A stretch of 64,000 nucleotides of DNA from an uncultured Thermosynechococcus sp. (GCF_938074695.1 NZ_CALJEM010000055.1:718-64717); one strand, 5' to 3'. Counted from the first letter of the stretch, positions 9,179 through 20,629 are shown. Made by a program: numbers and translations. The notes: a model not told the origin generated them from the sequence alone.

Positions 9179-10028
9179 CACCATCGGCAGTCAACAGGGC
9201 TTTGTAGAGTCCGGGTCGGCGATCGCGGAAGAAGCCATAGGCGGCCCGCAGGCGCTCAATTTCCTCTAGATCGAATTTGTGAACTAGAACCGCTTCTTGG
9301 CAGCGATCGGCCTCGGCCACCAGATCTCCCCTCGGATTGGCAATAAACGAGCTGCCATAAAATACTTGCCCCCCCTCATCCCCAACGCGATTTGCCGCCA
9401 CTACGGGAATCACATTGGCCACGGCATGGCCAATCATGACCCGTTGCCACGGATCCTTGGTATCTAGCGTTGGATCCTGAGGTTCACTGCCAATGGCGGT
9501 GGGATACACCAGCACCTCTGCTCCCATGAGGGTCATCACCCGTGCTGCCTCCGGGAACCACTGATCCCAACAGATGCCGACGCCAATTTTGCCATAGCGG
9601 GTGCGCCAGACCCGAAAGCCTGTATTTCCCGGTCGGAAGTAAAACTTTTCCTCATAGCCGGGGCCATCGGGAATATGACTTTTGCGATAGACACCGAGAT
9701 TAACTCCCCCCGCATCAATCATCGCCACACTGTTGTAATAGACGGTGCCCGCCTTTTCAAAAAAGGAGACGGGAATGACCACCTCCAGTTCCCGCGCCAA
9801 GGCTTCAAAGTGGGCAATTGTTGGGTGGTTTTTTAGGGGGTGTGCCCGCTGAAAGTGAGTCTCCCGCTCTTCCTTACAAAAATAGTGCCCTTCAAATAGC
9901 TCCGGCAGGACAATGACCTGCGCTCCCTGCTGATGCGCCTGCCGTACCAAATCGCTGAGGTGCAAAATATTGGTCTCAACATCATCGGTCAGTTGAGCTT
10001 GAATGGCAGCAACAGTCAGTGTTCTCAT
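9171..10028 (-). CDS. aguB: N-carbamoylputrescine amidase (CN-hydrolase family)
   Basis: It has a nitrilase-superfamily Glu/Lys/Cys context (VLPELF, YRKSHIP, GVGICWDQWFPE). The start is trimmed to ATG 10028, which overlaps the aguA TGA (ATGA). Confidence 0.82.
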   Translation of the reverse strand: MRTLTVAAIQAQLTDDVETNILHLSDLVRQAHQQGAQVIVLPELFEGHYFCKEERETHFQRAHPLKNHPTIAHFEALARELEVVIPVSFFEKAGTVYYNSVAMIDAGGVNLGVYRKSHIPDGPGYEEKFYFRPGNTGFRVWRTRYGKIGVGICWDQWFPEAARVMTLMGAEVLVYPTAIGSEPQDPTLDTKDPWQRVMIGHAVANVIPVVAANRVGDEGGQVFYGSSFIANPRGDLVAEADRCQEAVLVHKFDLEEIERLRAAYGFFRDRRPGLYKALLTADGVI

Positions 10029-11053
10029 AATTCCTGCTGGGTAATGCAATGGAAGGCGCCTCCTCCCTCCAAAATCGTGCGGGCGGGAAGGCCAACGGTT
10101 CTGCGACTGGGAAAGAGCTTAGCGATCGCTGCAACGGCTTTGGCATCGGCTTCGACACCATAGGTGGGGACAACCACCGTGGTATTGGCAATGTAAAAGT
10201 TTAGATAGCTCGCCGGCAAAATCCCTCCTCCGCGGCTAGGGATCCGCCCCGGTGAGGGCACCGGGATCACCGTTAGGGAGCGGCCTCTGGCATCCGTCAG
10301 GGTTTGCAACTGTTCGTAAATGGTCACCAAGGTCGCATGGTTGGGATCCTCAGGACTTTCGGGCAACATACAGACCACCGTTGCGGGGGCTACAAAACGC
10401 ACGAGCGTATCAATGTGTCCATCCGTGTGGTCATTCACAAGGCCACAGGAGTCAATCCAGAGGATTTTGCTCACACCAAGGGCTGGCTTGAGGCGGGCTT
10501 CCACCTCCGCAGCGTCTAAAGAGGGGTTGCGGTTAGGGTTGAGGAGGCACTGACGAGTGGTAAGGCAGGTTCCTTCACCATCTACTTCGATGGCTCCCCC
10601 CTCTAATACTAGGGACACCGTCCTGTAGGGCACACCCATGAGCATGGCTAGGCGCATCGCTAAGTCGCTGTCGCCGGGGAAGAGGTACTTTTTCCCCCAA
10701 CCATTAAAAGGCAAACAGAGGAGGCAACGCTCCCCCGCTGCATTGATTAAGCCCACAGGAGCCGTATCCCGCAGCCAAATGTCACCAAAGGAGAGTTCAT
10801 AAAACTGGGCATTGAGACCCCCTAGGTAGGCGCGGGCAGTAGCTTCCCCTGCTTCATCCAGCACCAAAATTTTCAATTGTTCCCCGCGGCAGTGGCCCGT
10901 CAGGGGATCGGGATCAGCGATCGCCCGACATAGGGCGGCAAACTCCAAACGCACCTGCGGTAGTAGGTCACCCCACAAATCTTCATGACTGGGGAAAGCC
11001 AACCAACAGGCGCGGTGGGGCAGCCACTCGGCGGGCTGAAAAAAGGGGGACAT
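10025..11053 (-). CDS. aguA: Agmatine deiminase (peptidyl-arginine deiminase fold)
   Basis: 342 aa with N-terminal PAEWLPHRACWLAFP, DIWLRDTAP, and the C-terminal catalytic Cys context GGGAFHCITQQ. Confidence 0.86.
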   Translation of the reverse strand: MSPFFQPAEWLPHRACWLAFPSHEDLWGDLLPQVRLEFAALCRAIADPDPLTGHCRGEQLKILVLDEAGEATARAYLGGLNAQFYELSFGDIWLRDTAPVGLINAAGERCLLCLPFNGWGKKYLFPGDSDLAMRLAMLMGVPYRTVSLVLEGGAIEVDGEGTCLTTRQCLLNPNRNPSLDAAEVEARLKPALGVSKILWIDSCGLVNDHTDGHIDTLVRFVAPATVVCMLPESPEDPNHATLVTIYEQLQTLTDARGRSLTVIPVPSPGRIPSRGGGILPASYLNFYIANTTVVVPTYGVEADAKAVAAIAKLFPSRRTVGLPARTILEGGGAFHCITQQEL

Positions 11054-11062
11054 GAGGAGCGA

Positions 11063-11338
11063 TTAGCCCTTTTTGTTGGTTTTAGGCGCAGGCTTAGCAG
11101 CGGCTTTTTTCCCTTTGGGGGTTTGCTGGGGCTTGGCACCACTATATTTACGGCGGAAACGTTCCACTCGCCCTTCGGCATCAACAATTTTCTGGGTGCC
11201 TGTGAAGAAGGGGTGGTTGCCTGACCAGATGTCCACATGCAGCTCCGGTTTCGTGGAACCAACCGTCATGACCACTTCACCATCGCAATAGACTTTGGCT
11301 TCGGGATACCACTGGGGATGAATATTTGGTTTTGGCAT
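11063..11338 (-). CDS. rpmE: 50S ribosomal protein L31
   Basis: MPKPNIHPQWYPEAKVYCDGEVV... is a typical bL31 N-terminus. Confidence 0.94.
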   Translation of the reverse strand: MPKPNIHPQWYPEAKVYCDGEVVMTVGSTKPELHVDIWSGNHPFFTGTQKIVDAEGRVERFRRKYSGAKPQQTPKGKKAAAKPAPKTNKKG

Positions 11339-11377
11339 AGGAGGCTCACCACAAACGAAAAGGATAGGACAAAAGTT

Positions 11378-11791
11378 TTAGCGTTTTGAGTATTGGGGGG
11401 CTTTGCGAGCTTTGCGCAAACCGTATTTACGCCGCTCCTTGGCACGGGGATCGCGGGTGAGATAGCCTTCCGTTTTCAAAGGCTTACGGTTTTCGATATC
11501 CAGTTGACACAGGGCGCGGGCAATCCCCAAACGAATGGCATCTGCTTGCCCTGTGAGACCACCTCCCCTAGCATTGACATAGATATCGTAGCTACTTTCA
11601 AGGCCAAGGGTTTCCAGGGGGGCTTTCACCAAGTTGAGATAGGCGGGATTGTTTTGCAGGTAGTCCGCCCCATTGCGGCCATTAATCAACAGTTGACCGC
11701 TGCCGGGGATCAGGCGTACCCGTGCCACCGCCGACTTACGGCGACCGGTTCCCAAGTAAACGACTCGTTTGGACTGATCAGCAATCTGCAT
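11378..11791 (-). CDS. rpsI: 30S ribosomal protein S9
   Basis: The C-terminus [17 protein letters not shown] is typical of uS9. Confidence 0.96.
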   Translation of the reverse strand: MQIADQSKRVVYLGTGRRKSAVARVRLIPGSGQLLINGRNGADYLQNNPAYLNLVKAPLETLGLESSYDIYVNARGGGLTGQADAIRLGIARALCQLDIENRKPLKTEGYLTRDPRAKERRKYGLRKARKAPQYSKR

Positions 11792-11793
11792 CG

Positions 11794-12252
11794 TTAGGCT
11801 CCCGGAATTGTATTAATGGTTAAAGGCTGGGGTTTTTGGGCTTGGTGGGGATGCTCAGGCCCAGCATAAACTTTCAGCTTGGTAAAGAGTTTGCGGCCAA
11901 GGGAATTTTTCGGCAGCATCCCTTTGACAGCGTGCTCAATAATCCGCTCTGGAATACGGGCTTGCAGTTGATCAAAGGTTTCAATTTTCATACCGCCGGG
12001 GCGTCCCGAGTGACGACGGTAGAGCTTTTTGGAGCGTTTTTTGCCGGTGACGGTAACTTTCTCGGCATTGATGACAATCACAAAGTCACCAGTATCCATG
12101 TGGGGGGTGTAAATAGCTTTATTTTTGCCCCTAAGTATGCGGGCAATTTCTGCGGCTAGCCGACCCAGCCGTTGGTTAGCAGCATCAATAACGTACCACT
12201 GGGGAGCAAGGTCATCCACGGCGGGCAGGGGTGTCTTCATGGTATTGGTCAT
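11794..12252 (-). CDS. rplM: 50S ribosomal protein L13
   Basis: [15 protein letters not shown] is a uL13 motif. The start is trimmed to ATG 12252, 16 nt after the truA stop; ATG 12240 is also possible. Confidence 0.93.
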   Translation of the reverse strand: MTNTMKTPLPAVDDLAPQWYVIDAANQRLGRLAAEIARILRGKNKAIYTPHMDTGDFVIVINAEKVTVTGKKRSKKLYRRHSGRPGGMKIETFDQLQARIPERIIEHAVKGMLPKNSLGRKLFTKLKVYAGPEHPHQAQKPQPLTINTIPGA

Positions 12253-12268
12253 CACAAACTCCATGGTT

Positions 12269-13111
12269 CTATGCAATGGACAATTCAGGGGTAACAAACT
12301 GGGGCATCGCCTCGGTGCACAGGGTAAGGGGGAAAGGGGACTCAGGGTAACCCACCCCTAATAGACAAAGACCCGTAGGGGGGGCAGCATACTTAACGAG
12401 GTGGCGTTGCTCCTGCTGCCAAATTTCCGTAAAACTGGCGGGCGATCGCTGGCCGCGTCCCACCTGCACCAACAGCCCCACCAGCAGGCGCATCATGCCG
12501 TAGAGAAACCCCGATGCTTGGACTTCAATTTCCACAAGGGCACCGCGTCGTCGGCAGCTCACCTCCTGTATCTCTACCCAAGAATGGGCACGATTCGAGC
12601 CAGAGCGGTGAAAGGCACTCAGATGATGCCGCCCCAACAATGGCTGAAGCACTGCTGCCATCTTTTCCACATCCAAGGAATCATAGTAGTAATGCCATGT
12701 CCAAGGGCGCAGAAAGATATTGGGGCAGGGATCGGTATAGAGGGTGTAGCGATAGCGCCGCCACAGCGCTGAAAAGCGAGCATGCCAGTGACCGGGCACC
12801 GCTGCTGCTGCACGAATAACCACATCGGCGGGCAAGCGCGCGTTGAGAATACCCGGCCAACGATGCACGGGAATGGGTGAGTTGACCGTGACGTGTGCCA
12901 CTTGACCCGCGGCATGCACCCCTGTGTCGGTGCGACCTGCTGCAACCACAGAGACGGGATGCTTGACAACGCTAGCGATCGCCTGCTCAATCACCTCCTG
13001 CACCGTACGTTGTCCCACCTGCCGTTGCCAGCCGTGGAAATAGGTGCCTTGGTACTGAATGAGCAGTGCCAAGCGTTGGCCGCGCTGCGGAGGTGCGATC
13101 GCCGTCCTCAT
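12269..13111 (-). CDS. truA: tRNA pseudouridine(38-40) synthase
   Basis: It has the catalytic Asp motif [11 protein letters not shown]. The position between rplQ and rplM is as in other cyanobacteria. Confidence 0.92.
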   Translation of the reverse strand: MRTAIAPPQRGQRLALLIQYQGTYFHGWQRQVGQRTVQEVIEQAIASVVKHPVSVVAAGRTDTGVHAAGQVAHVTVNSPIPVHRWPGILNARLPADVVIRAAAAVPGHWHARFSALWRRYRYTLYTDPCPNIFLRPWTWHYYYDSLDVEKMAAVLQPLLGRHHLSAFHRSGSNRAHSWVEIQEVSCRRRGALVEIEVQASGFLYGMMRLLVGLLVQVGRGQRSPASFTEIWQQEQRHLVKYAAPPTGLCLLGVGYPESPFPLTLCTEAMPQFVTPELSIA

Positions 13112-13117
13112 GACCTG

Positions 13118-13474
13118 CTACACCAGTTCAATGACCGCCAATTCGGCATTGTCGCCCCGCCGCCGCACACTGCGGAGAATGCGCGTATATCCACCGTTGC
13201 GATCGCCATAGCGCTCTGGGGCTTGGGCAAACAGAGCATGCACCAGTTGCTTATCGTAGAGATAGCCAAGGGCACGCCGCCGTGCCGCTAAAGAGCCATC
13301 CTTTGCCAAGGTGATCATCCGCTCTGCCTCTGCACGTACAGCCTTTGCCCGCGCTTTGGTGGTGGTAATGCGGCCGTGGCGAATCAGTTCAGTGGTCAAT
13401 GCCCGCAGCAGTGCCTTTCGTTGATCCGCTGGCAGTCCTAATTTGGGAACCCGACGTTGGTGACGCATAGACAA
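13118..13474 (-). CDS. rplQ: 50S ribosomal protein L17
   Basis: [24 protein letters not shown] is a bL17 N-terminus. Confidence 0.96.
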   Translation of the reverse strand: MSMRHQRRVPKLGLPADQRKALLRALTTELIRHGRITTTKARAKAVRAEAERMITLAKDGSLAARRRALGYLYDKQLVHALFAQAPERYGDRNGGYTRILRSVRRRGDNAELAVIELV

Positions 13475-13490
13475 ACCTCATTCAATCTCT

Positions 13491-14456
13491 CTAGTTACGG
13501 GCAGCTTTTTGGGGCGGTAGGGTAATTCCCAAGTGTTTTTGCAGTGCCTCGATCACTTCCTCGGCAGACTTTTGACCAAAGTTTTTGATCTCCAGTAGTT
13601 CTTCTTGGGAATACTCAAGGAGATCAGCCACTGTATTCACTTGCGCGCGCTTGAGACAGTTGTAGGCACGCACCGACAAATTGAGCTGCTCAATGGGGAT
13701 TTGTCCTGTTTCATCATGCTCATCGGCGGGGGTGGTCTCGGAGGTGTGCAGGGGCACTTCCTTCAAGGGGCTAAAGAGATCCACAAGAATCGTTGCCGCC
13801 TGATTGAGGGCATCTTGGGGAGTCAAGCTGCCATTTGTCCAAATTTCCAGCTTTAGGTAGTCTTGGAGCTGGCGATCGCCCTCTGCACCGCTACCGCGTA
13901 TCGAATCAACGGTATAGTTTACCCGTCGCACGGGCATAAAGACCGCGTCCAACTGGAGATAATCCAAGGCGAGGCGATCGTCCCGTACCCGTTCCACTGA
14001 GCGATAGCCACGACCCTGTTCAATCTTGAATTCCATCTCCAAGGTTGCCCCCGGCATCAGCGTGGCAATATAGTGATTTGGGTTGACCACCTCCATTTCA
14101 GCGCCCAGTTGCACCATGCCCGCAGTAACGGTCAATGGTTCATTCTCAGGGGCTTGGGCAAAAAGGCGACCCATTTGGGGTTCTGAGGTGTAGCTGCGAA
14201 TCACCAACTGCTTCATCTGCAGCAAGATGTCCATGACATCTTCGCGCACACCGGGAATCGTCGAAAATTCATGATTTACCCCCGCAATCCGCACCGCTGT
14301 CACGGCACTACCGGGTAAGTTGGAAAGGAGAACCCGCCGCAGGGCATTTCCCACCGTAATCCCTTGACCGGGGGTAAGGGGATACAGCGCAAATTTACCG
14401 TACTGCCCCTGATCTTCCTCAACCTGTGTTTCTAGACATTCAATTTGGTATGCCAT
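13491..14456 (-). CDS. rpoA: DNA-directed RNA polymerase alpha subunit
   Basis: It has the NTD motif GNALRRVLLS and the CTD motif LNLSVRAYNCLKRA. Confidence 0.97.
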   Translation of the reverse strand: MAYQIECLETQVEEDQGQYGKFALYPLTPGQGITVGNALRRVLLSNLPGSAVTAVRIAGVNHEFSTIPGVREDVMDILLQMKQLVIRSYTSEPQMGRLFAQAPENEPLTVTAGMVQLGAEMEVVNPNHYIATLMPGATLEMEFKIEQGRGYRSVERVRDDRLALDYLQLDAVFMPVRRVNYTVDSIRGSGAEGDRQLQDYLKLEIWTNGSLTPQDALNQAATILVDLFSPLKEVPLHTSETTPADEHDETGQIPIEQLNLSVRAYNCLKRAQVNTVADLLEYSQEELLEIKNFGQKSAEEVIEALQKHLGITLPPQKAARN

Positions 14457-14485
14457 AGCTGTGCTCCCAAGGGATCCAAATTAAC

Positions 14486-14878
14486 CTAAACCCGCCGCCG
14501 TTTGGGGGGACGACAACCATTGTGGGGAATAGGGGTCACATCCCGAATAAGAGTAATTTCTAGACCGGCTGCCTGCAGGGCGCGAATTGCTGTCTCCCGA
14601 CCGGCGCCAGGACCACTCACCATCACCTCTATTTGCCGCATTCCCTGATCAATGGCTCGGCGAGCTGCGTTATCAGCAGCAGTCTGAGCTGCAAAGGGGG
14701 TGCCTTTTTTGGCACCCTTGAAACCGCTGGAGCCGGCGGAGGCCCAAGCAATCACCTCACCATTGGGGTCGGTAATTGAGACAATCGTGTTATTAAATGT
14801 GGACTGAATGTGGGCAACGCCACTGGGGACATTGCGCTTTTGCTTACGGGGGCCAGAGCGTTTTGCAGAGGGTGCCAT
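14486..14878 (-). CDS. rpsK: 30S ribosomal protein S11
   Basis: [18 protein letters not shown] is a uS11 motif. Confidence 0.97.
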   Translation of the reverse strand: MAPSAKRSGPRKQKRNVPSGVAHIQSTFNNTIVSITDPNGEVIAWASAGSSGFKGAKKGTPFAAQTAADNAARRAIDQGMRQIEVMVSGPGAGRETAIRALQAAGLEITLIRDVTPIPHNGCRPPKRRRV

Positions 14879-14920
14879 AATCTATCCAAACCGTGAATCA
14901 GGTAGCAGGAGCGGAAAAGC

Positions 14921-15301
14921 TTATTTCTTAGCAGCAGGTTTTTTCTTGCCAGCTACAGTGCGGCGAGCACCGCGACGGGTGCGAGCATTGGTACGGGTGC
15001 GCTGACCGCGAACCGGCAATCCAAGACGATGCCGACGCCCGCGATAGCAGCCAATGTCCATGAGCCGCTTGATATTCATGGCCTCGAGGCGGCGCAGATC
15101 CCCTTCCACTTGGTACTCCTCAACGGCCGCCCGCAGTGCCGCAATATCAGCATCGGTTAAATCGCGGGTACGTGTATCTGGATTCACACCCGTCTTTGCC
15201 AAAATTTCTTTGGAGCGGGTCAAACCGATGCCATAGATGTAGGTGAGGGCAATTTCAATGCGTTTGTCGCGGGGTAGATCAACACCAGCAATACGAGCCA
15301 T
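14921..15301 (-). CDS. rpsM: 30S ribosomal protein S13
   Basis: [26 protein letters not shown] is a uS13 N-terminus. Confidence 0.97.
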   Translation of the reverse strand: MARIAGVDLPRDKRIEIALTYIYGIGLTRSKEILAKTGVNPDTRTRDLTDADIAALRAAVEEYQVEGDLRRLEAMNIKRLMDIGCYRGRRHRLGLPVRGQRTRTNARTRRGARRTVAGKKKPAAKK

Positions 15302-15334
15302 GAATCTAGTTCCTATGTATGCAACAACAGTGGG

Positions 15335-15448
15335 TTACCCTTGGCGCTGCTTGTGCTTCGGATTGGTGCAGATCACCATAACCCGACCACGTCGCCGAAT
15401 GACGCGGCATTTTTCACAAATACGCCGTACCGATGCTCTTACTTTCAT
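15335..15448 (-). CDS. rpmJ: 50S ribosomal protein L36
   Basis: It is too short for the ORF track. Minus-strand ATG 15448 to TAA 15335 translates to [37 protein letters not shown]. It lies between infA and rpsM as expected. Confidence 0.93.
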   Translation of the reverse strand: MKVRASVRRICEKCRVIRRRGRVMVICTNPKHKQRQG

Positions 15449-15508
15449 ATCAGTTGCTCATGTAGTCGCAAATTTTATATCTTACCAGAGTAGCTAGCAA
15501 AGATCAAA

Positions 15509-15733
15509 CTACTTTTTGCGCAGGCGATAGGTAATCCGCCCCTTTGTCAGGTCATAGGGGGTCAATTCCACCTTCACGCGATCGCCCGGCAAAATTTTGA
15601 TGTAGTTGCGGCGAATCTTACCGGAAATGTGGGCAAGGACATTAAAGCCATTGTCCAAGTCCACCCGAAACATCGCGTTAGGCAATGACTCCGTCACTGT
15701 TCCTTCAATTTCAATGGCATCCTGTTTAGACAC
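15509..15733 (-). CDS. infA: Translation initiation factor IF-1
   Basis: 74 aa S1-like protein ([15 protein letters not shown]...GRITYR). Its GTG start overlaps the adk stop (GTGTCTAA). Confidence 0.95.
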
Positions 15734-16313
15734 GGTTCACCTCCCCAATACGTGCTTGAATAGCAGCAGTCACCTCTTCGATCGTACGCGTTCCATCAAT
15801 GTGCACAAACTTGGGATGACTCATGTACTGCCGAATCATCGGTAGTGTTTCCTGCTCATAGACCTGTACCCGCTTGAGAATGGTTTCCGGGGTATCATCG
15901 GAGCGCTGCTGACCATTGGCAGCTTGCTTGGCGCGATTAAGGGCGCGTTCCTGCAGAATCGCAGCCGGCACATCCAAGAAGAGCAAGTAATCATAGTCTT
16001 GGTGAATACTTTTGAGCATCTCCTCAAAGACCGCCGCCTGTGCCCCATTGCGGGGAAAACCATCCAAGAGCCAGCCTGGAGCGGTGTCCGGCTGTTGCAA
16101 GCGATTGGCCACCATCTCCACAATCACCTGATCGGGTACCAGTTCACCGCGATCCATGTAGCTTTGAGCCTGCTGACCGAGGGGCGTGCCCGCAGCCCGC
16201 TCCGCCCGTAGGATATCCCCTGTGGAAATATGGGGAATTCCAAAGAGTGTGGTTAGAATTGCTGCCTGTGTCCCTTTGCCCGAGCCAGGGCCACCAAACA
16301 AAACTAAGCGCAT
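15726..16313 (-). CDS. adk: Adenylate kinase
   Basis: It has the P-loop [10 protein letters not shown] and GFPR. The position after secY is typical. Confidence 0.95.
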
Positions 16314-17623
16314 TACTGCTTCACCATCCCCTCATAGCGTTGTGAAATCACATAGGTTTGAATCTGTTTTGAGGTGTCAATGGCCACCCCCACCAGGATC
16401 AGTAGGGAGGTTGCTCCTAACCCTTGGAACGTGGTCACTTTGGTTGCACTCTCGACGGCTGTAGGAATAATTGCCACTAGTCCTAAAAAGATTGCCCCTA
16501 GGAACGTCAAGCGGTTGAGAACCCGCTCTAGGTAATCCGAAGTCGCTTTCCCCGGTCGGATTCCCGGAATACTGGCGCCCATTTTTTTCAAGTTTTGGGA
16601 CATGTCCACGGGGTTGACCACCAAGGAGGAGTAAAAGTAGCTAAAGAACAGAATCAGGAGCAAATAGAAAATTACGTATAGCCACGGTGTCGGCCCTGCA
16701 GGGGAAACATAGCTCGCCAGTCGTGCCACCAGTTCATTGCGGGTAAACTGCGCCAAGGTGGAAGGCAGAATCAATACCGCAGAAGCAAAAATAATCGGCA
16801 TTACCCCCCCTTGGTTTAGGCGCAGGGGCAAGTAACTGGTTTGTTCGCGGTAGAGTTTGCGCCCCACTTGGCGACGTGCAGAGATGATGGGAATGCGACG
16901 GGTACCCTCCTGAACAAAGACAATACCGACAATCATGGCTAAAAAGACAGCCACAAGAATAACGATGCCGCCAATGTTGCCGCCGCTCTCTGCAAGGGCA
17001 ATTGTCTGACCCACCGAGGAAGGTAAATAGGCAACAATGCTCAAAAAGATCAAAAGCGAAGCCCCGTTACCCACGCCCCGCTCAGTAATCAACTCGGAAA
17101 TCCACATTACCACGGTTGAGCCAGCGGTCAGGCCAAGGATAATCTCAGCCACAAACCACGCGCCGGGATGCAAAGCCGCACCGGGAATCGAACTGACAAA
17201 AATGGCAATGCCAAAACTTTGCAGAACTGCCCAGCCTACAGCGACGTAGCGAGTAATCTGGGAAATTTTGCGGCGGCCGGCCTCCCCTTCATCCTTTTGC
17301 AGCCGCTCCAAGGAGGGCAAAGCGGCAGTCAGCAATTGCATGATGATGGAGGCGTTGATGTAGGGTAAGATGCCGAGGGCAAAAATCCCAAGGGCAGAGA
17401 GTCCACCGCCTGAAAAGATGTCGAGAAAGCGAATCACGGCATTATCTTGAACGGTCTGGGCAAAAACAGCGCGATCAATCCCCGGAATGGGCAAATAAAT
17501 CCCAAGCCGTACCAAGATCAGTAGCCCAATGGTAATCAGGAGTCGCCCCCGCAGACCAGCTGCTTGAGCCATCTGCATAAATGTTTCTTGGGCAGTGGGT
17601 GCCTTGCCGCGATTCACAATCAT
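16313..17623 (-). CDS. secY: Preprotein translocase subunit SecY
   Basis: 436 aa polytopic membrane protein between rplO and adk. Confidence 0.96.
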   Translation of the reverse strand: MIVNRGKAPTAQETFMQMAQAAGLRGRLLITIGLLILVRLGIYLPIPGIDRAVFAQTVQDNAVIRFLDIFSGGGLSALGIFALGILPYINASIIMQLLTAALPSLERLQKDEGEAGRRKISQITRYVAVGWAVLQSFGIAIFVSSIPGAALHPGAWFVAEIILGLTAGSTVVMWISELITERGVGNGASLLIFLSIVAYLPSSVGQTIALAESGGNIGGIVILVAVFLAMIVGIVFVQEGTRRIPIISARRQVGRKLYREQTSYLPLRLNQGGVMPIIFASAVLILPSTLAQFTRNELVARLASYVSPAGPTPWLYVIFYLLLILFFSYFYSSLVVNPVDMSQNLKKMGASIPGIRPGKATSDYLERVLNRLTFLGAIFLGLVAIIPTAVESATKVTTFQGLGATSLLILVGVAIDTSKQIQTYVISQRYEGMVKQ

Positions 17624-17635
17624 ATGGGGGTTCCT

Positions 17636-18106
17636 CTATTTACTGTCGGCAGCAACGGAGGTCTCTACACATACCCCACCGGCAGCTTCAATCTTGCTGC
17701 GGGCACTGCCACTAAAGGCAGCGGCATGAACCTCTAGCTTGACGTTTAGCTCACCATCCCCCAACACCTTGAGGGGATATTTAGCGGTGGTGAGAATACC
17801 CGCCTCAAGGAGAGACTCAGCCGTCACGACACTATTGGCGGGTAGGGTATTGAGACGACCCACGTTGATCGTAGTGTAAACCTTCCGGTTGACGAGGGGA
17901 AAGTGCTTAAGTTTGGGAAGACGACGATAGAGGGGGTTTTGACCGCCTTCAAAGCCGGGACGGGTGGAGCGACCGGACCGGGATTTTTGTCCCCGCATCC
18001 CAAAGCCACCGCTTGCTCCTTGACCTGCGGCAATACCCCGACCAATCCGCCGTTTGCGCCGTCTTGATCCCGCTTGGGGGTGCAGATCCTGAAACCGCAT
18101 GGACAA
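17636..18106 (-). CDS. rplO: 50S ribosomal protein L15
   Basis: [23 protein letters not shown] is a uL15 motif. The start could be ATG 18100. Confidence 0.94.
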   Translation of the reverse strand: MSMRFQDLHPQAGSRRRKRRIGRGIAAGQGASGGFGMRGQKSRSGRSTRPGFEGGQNPLYRRLPKLKHFPLVNRKVYTTINVGRLNTLPANSVVTAESLLEAGILTTAKYPLKVLGDGELNVKLEVHAAAFSGSARSKIEAAGGVCVETSVAADSK

Positions 18107-18113
18107 CTCCTAA

Positions 18114-18638
18114 CTATTTGCTATAGAGATTTTCGATGGGAATTTCCCGCTCTTCAGCAACTTCCTGGAAGGTGCGCAACGCCGCAAGGGCTTCGAGGGC
18201 AGCGCGGGCATTATTGAGGGGATTGCTAGAGCCTAGTTGTTTGGCGAGTACATTGCGTACCCCTGCCAGTTCCAGAACAGTGCGCACGGAGCCACCCGCA
18301 ATTACCCCAGTTCCTGGGGCAGCGGGGCGAATCATAACGCGGGCAGCGCCCCCTTCGCCAAACGTGGGGTGGGGAATTGAGTTGGATTTGGTGATTGGCA
18401 CGTCAATAAGGTGCTTTTTGCCATCGGCCACCCCTTTGCGCACGGCACTAATGACATCGGCAGCTTTGCCGACACCCACACCCACTTGGCCACGCTCGTT
18501 GCCAACGACAACAATGGCGCGGAAGCTGAGTTTCTTACCACCTTTGACCACTTTGGAGACGCGGCGGATCTGCACGACCCGCTCTTGCCAGTCGGTCTCT
18601 TTTTCAACTTTGCGGGGGTTTTTACGACGATTTGCCAT
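18114..18638 (-). CDS. rpsE: 30S ribosomal protein S5
   Basis: [22 protein letters not shown] is a uS5 motif. Confidence 0.97.
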   Translation of the reverse strand: MANRRKNPRKVEKETDWQERVVQIRRVSKVVKGGKKLSFRAIVVVGNERGQVGVGVGKAADVISAVRKGVADGKKHLIDVPITKSNSIPHPTFGEGGAARVMIRPAAPGTGVIAGGSVRTVLELAGVRNVLAKQLGSSNPLNNARAALEALAALRTFQEVAEEREIPIENLYSK

Positions 18639-18649
18639 CGGTTCATCCT

Positions 18650-19012
18650 CTAAAAGTCTAGTCCAGCTTCACGGGCAGCATCCGCCAAGGCCTTAATACG
18701 ACCATGGTAGAGATTGCCACCGCGATCAAAGACAACGCGCTCAATACCAGCAGCTTTGGCACGCTCTGCAATGAGTCGCCCCACTTCGATGGAGGCGGCA
18801 CAGGTGCTGCCATCCCCCAGTTTCTGCCGCAGTTCTGGCTCAAGACTGGAAGCAGCCACGAGGGTGTGGTGGCGAGTATCATCAATCACTTGGGCATAGA
18901 TGTGCTGATGGGAACGAAACACAGCGAGGCGGGGGCGATCGCTGGTACCTTTGACTTTGCGGCGAATGCGCTGATGCCGACTTTGGCGAGCCGCAGTACG
19001 AGTTTTCTTCAT
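18650..19012 (-). CDS. rplR: 50S ribosomal protein L18
   Basis: [20 protein letters not shown]...[21 protein letters not shown] is typical uL18. Confidence 0.97.
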   Translation of the reverse strand: MKKTRTAARQSRHQRIRRKVKGTSDRPRLAVFRSHQHIYAQVIDDTRHHTLVAASSLEPELRQKLGDGSTCAASIEVGRLIAERAKAAGIERVVFDRGGNLYHGRIKALADAAREAGLDF

Positions 19013-19576
19013 CTATTTCTTCCCTGTCTTACCAACTTTACGACGCACAAATTCACCTATATAGCGAATACCCTTGCCCTTGTAGGGTTCAGGGGGATGT
19101 ACGGCGCGAATACGGGCAGTGGTGTTGCCCACCAGTTCTTTATCAATACCACTCACAAGGATAATCGTGCCTTGCTGTACTTTTTTACCTTGGTTGTCCT
19201 CAATTTCTAGGGTAATGCCCTCGGGTGGCACAATCTCAACGGGGTGGCTATAGCCCATGTTCAGAACAAGGGTTTTACCTTGGAGTTGGGCACGGTAACC
19301 AACTCCTTGAATCTCCAGCTTTTTTGTAAATCCTTGGGAGACGCCTTCCACCATGTTGGCCAAGAGTGTGCGGCAGAGGCCATGGCGTTCTTTGGCCGGG
19401 CGAGAGTCATCGCGGCGTTTAACCACAATGGTTTCCCCTTCTTGGGCAACACTTACCTCGGGCGGAAAAACGCGGCTAAGTTGACCCTTGGGGCCTTTGA
19501 CTGTGACCTGCTGCCCCTCTAGGGTGAGGGTGACATTTTTGGGCAGAGGGATGGGACGCTTGCCGATACGAGACAT
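19013..19576 (-). CDS. rplF: 50S ribosomal protein L6
   Basis: [31 protein letters not shown] is a uL6 N-terminus. Confidence 0.97.
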   Translation of the reverse strand: MSRIGKRPIPLPKNVTLTLEGQQVTVKGPKGQLSRVFPPEVSVAQEGETIVVKRRDDSRPAKERHGLCRTLLANMVEGVSQGFTKKLEIQGVGYRAQLQGKTLVLNMGYSHPVEIVPPEGITLEIEDNQGKKVQQGTIILVSGIDKELVGNTTARIRAVHPPEPYKGKGIRYIGEFVRRKVGKTGKK

Positions 19577-19594
19577 GTGGGACTTCCTCCGAGC

Positions 19595-19996
19595 TTACCA
19601 AACGTAACAGAGTACTTCGCCGCCAATGCCCTGCTTCCGTGCCTCGCGATCGGTCATAATGCCGCTGGAGGTGGAGATAATGGCAATGCCGATGCCACCG
19701 AGCACCCTGGGCAACTCACGGGAATTGGCATAGACGCGCAGACCGGGTTTGCTCACCCGCTTGAGCGCAGTAATAACCGGCTGGCGCTGCTTGCCGCGAT
19801 ATTTGAGGGAAACCACAAGCTGCCGTTTAACGCCGTCCCCTTGCTCTTCAAAATCGCGAATAAACCCTTCCGCTTTCAGTACCTGCGCAATACTGCGGGT
19901 CATGCGCGTGGCCGGAACTGTAGTGGTTTGATGCCGCGCAAGGTTTGCGTTGCGGATGCGAGTTAGCATATCGCCAATCGTGTCATTTACTGCCAT
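19595..19996 (-). CDS. rpsH: 30S ribosomal protein S8
   Basis: [13 protein letters not shown]...GGEVLCYVW is typical uS8. Confidence 0.97.
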   Translation of the reverse strand: MAVNDTIGDMLTRIRNANLARHQTTTVPATRMTRSIAQVLKAEGFIRDFEEQGDGVKRQLVVSLKYRGKQRQPVITALKRVSKPGLRVYANSRELPRVLGGIGIAIISTSSGIMTDREARKQGIGGEVLCYVW

Positions 19997-20025
19997 AGTT
20001 GCTCCTTAAAAATCTGCCTGCGGCG

Positions 20026-20571
20026 TTAGTTCTCACGGAACGGCATGCCCATTGCTTTGAGCAGGGCGCGTCCCTCTTCATCAGTATTGGCAGTGGTGAT
20101 GATTGAGACATCCATGCCGCGAATTTGATCAATGTCGTCGTAGTTGACTTCGGGGAAAATCAGTTGCTCGCGCAAGCCTAGGGTGTAGTTGCCCCGCCCA
20201 TCAAAGCTTTTGGGGTTGACACCGCGAAAATCACGAATTCGTGGCAGTGCCAAGTTAATCAACCGATCCAAAAAGGCATACATGCGCTCGGAGCGCAGCG
20301 TCACCGCCACCCCTACGGGCATGCCTTTGCGAATCTTGAAGCCGGCGATCGCCTTCTTGGCACGGGTGACTACGGGCTTTTGGCCTGTAATCATGGCAAT
20401 TTCTGCCAGTGTGGCTTCAAGGGCTTTGGCATTTTGTGCTGCTTCACCAAGACCGCGGTTGACAGTTATTTTGACAATCTTGGGCACTTGGTGAATGTTT
20501 TTGTACTGGAATTGCTGCATGAGCTGAGGCACAACGGTCTTGTTATAGTGATCTTTGAGGCGTTGGGGCAT
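20026..20571 (-). CDS. rplE: 50S ribosomal protein L5
   Basis: [18 protein letters not shown]...[14 protein letters not shown] is typical uL5. Confidence 0.97.
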   Translation of the reverse strand: MPQRLKDHYNKTVVPQLMQQFQYKNIHQVPKIVKITVNRGLGEAAQNAKALEATLAEIAMITGQKPVVTRAKKAIAGFKIRKGMPVGVAVTLRSERMYAFLDRLINLALPRIRDFRGVNPKSFDGRGNYTLGLREQLIFPEVNYDDIDQIRGMDVSIITTANTDEEGRALLKAMGMPFREN

Positions 20572-20629
20572 AGGGCTTCTCCTAGGGACGTTCTCTGGGC
20601 TGGGTCAGAGAGGGGGAAATATGTTAGAC

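Noticed and set aside
18136-18696. Plus-strand ORFs of 60-190 aa across the ribosomal protein cluster, for example 18136-18696, 18704-19210, 20555-20986 and 25051-25554.
   Set aside because: All are antisense to unmistakable ribosomal protein genes and translate to low-complexity sequence.
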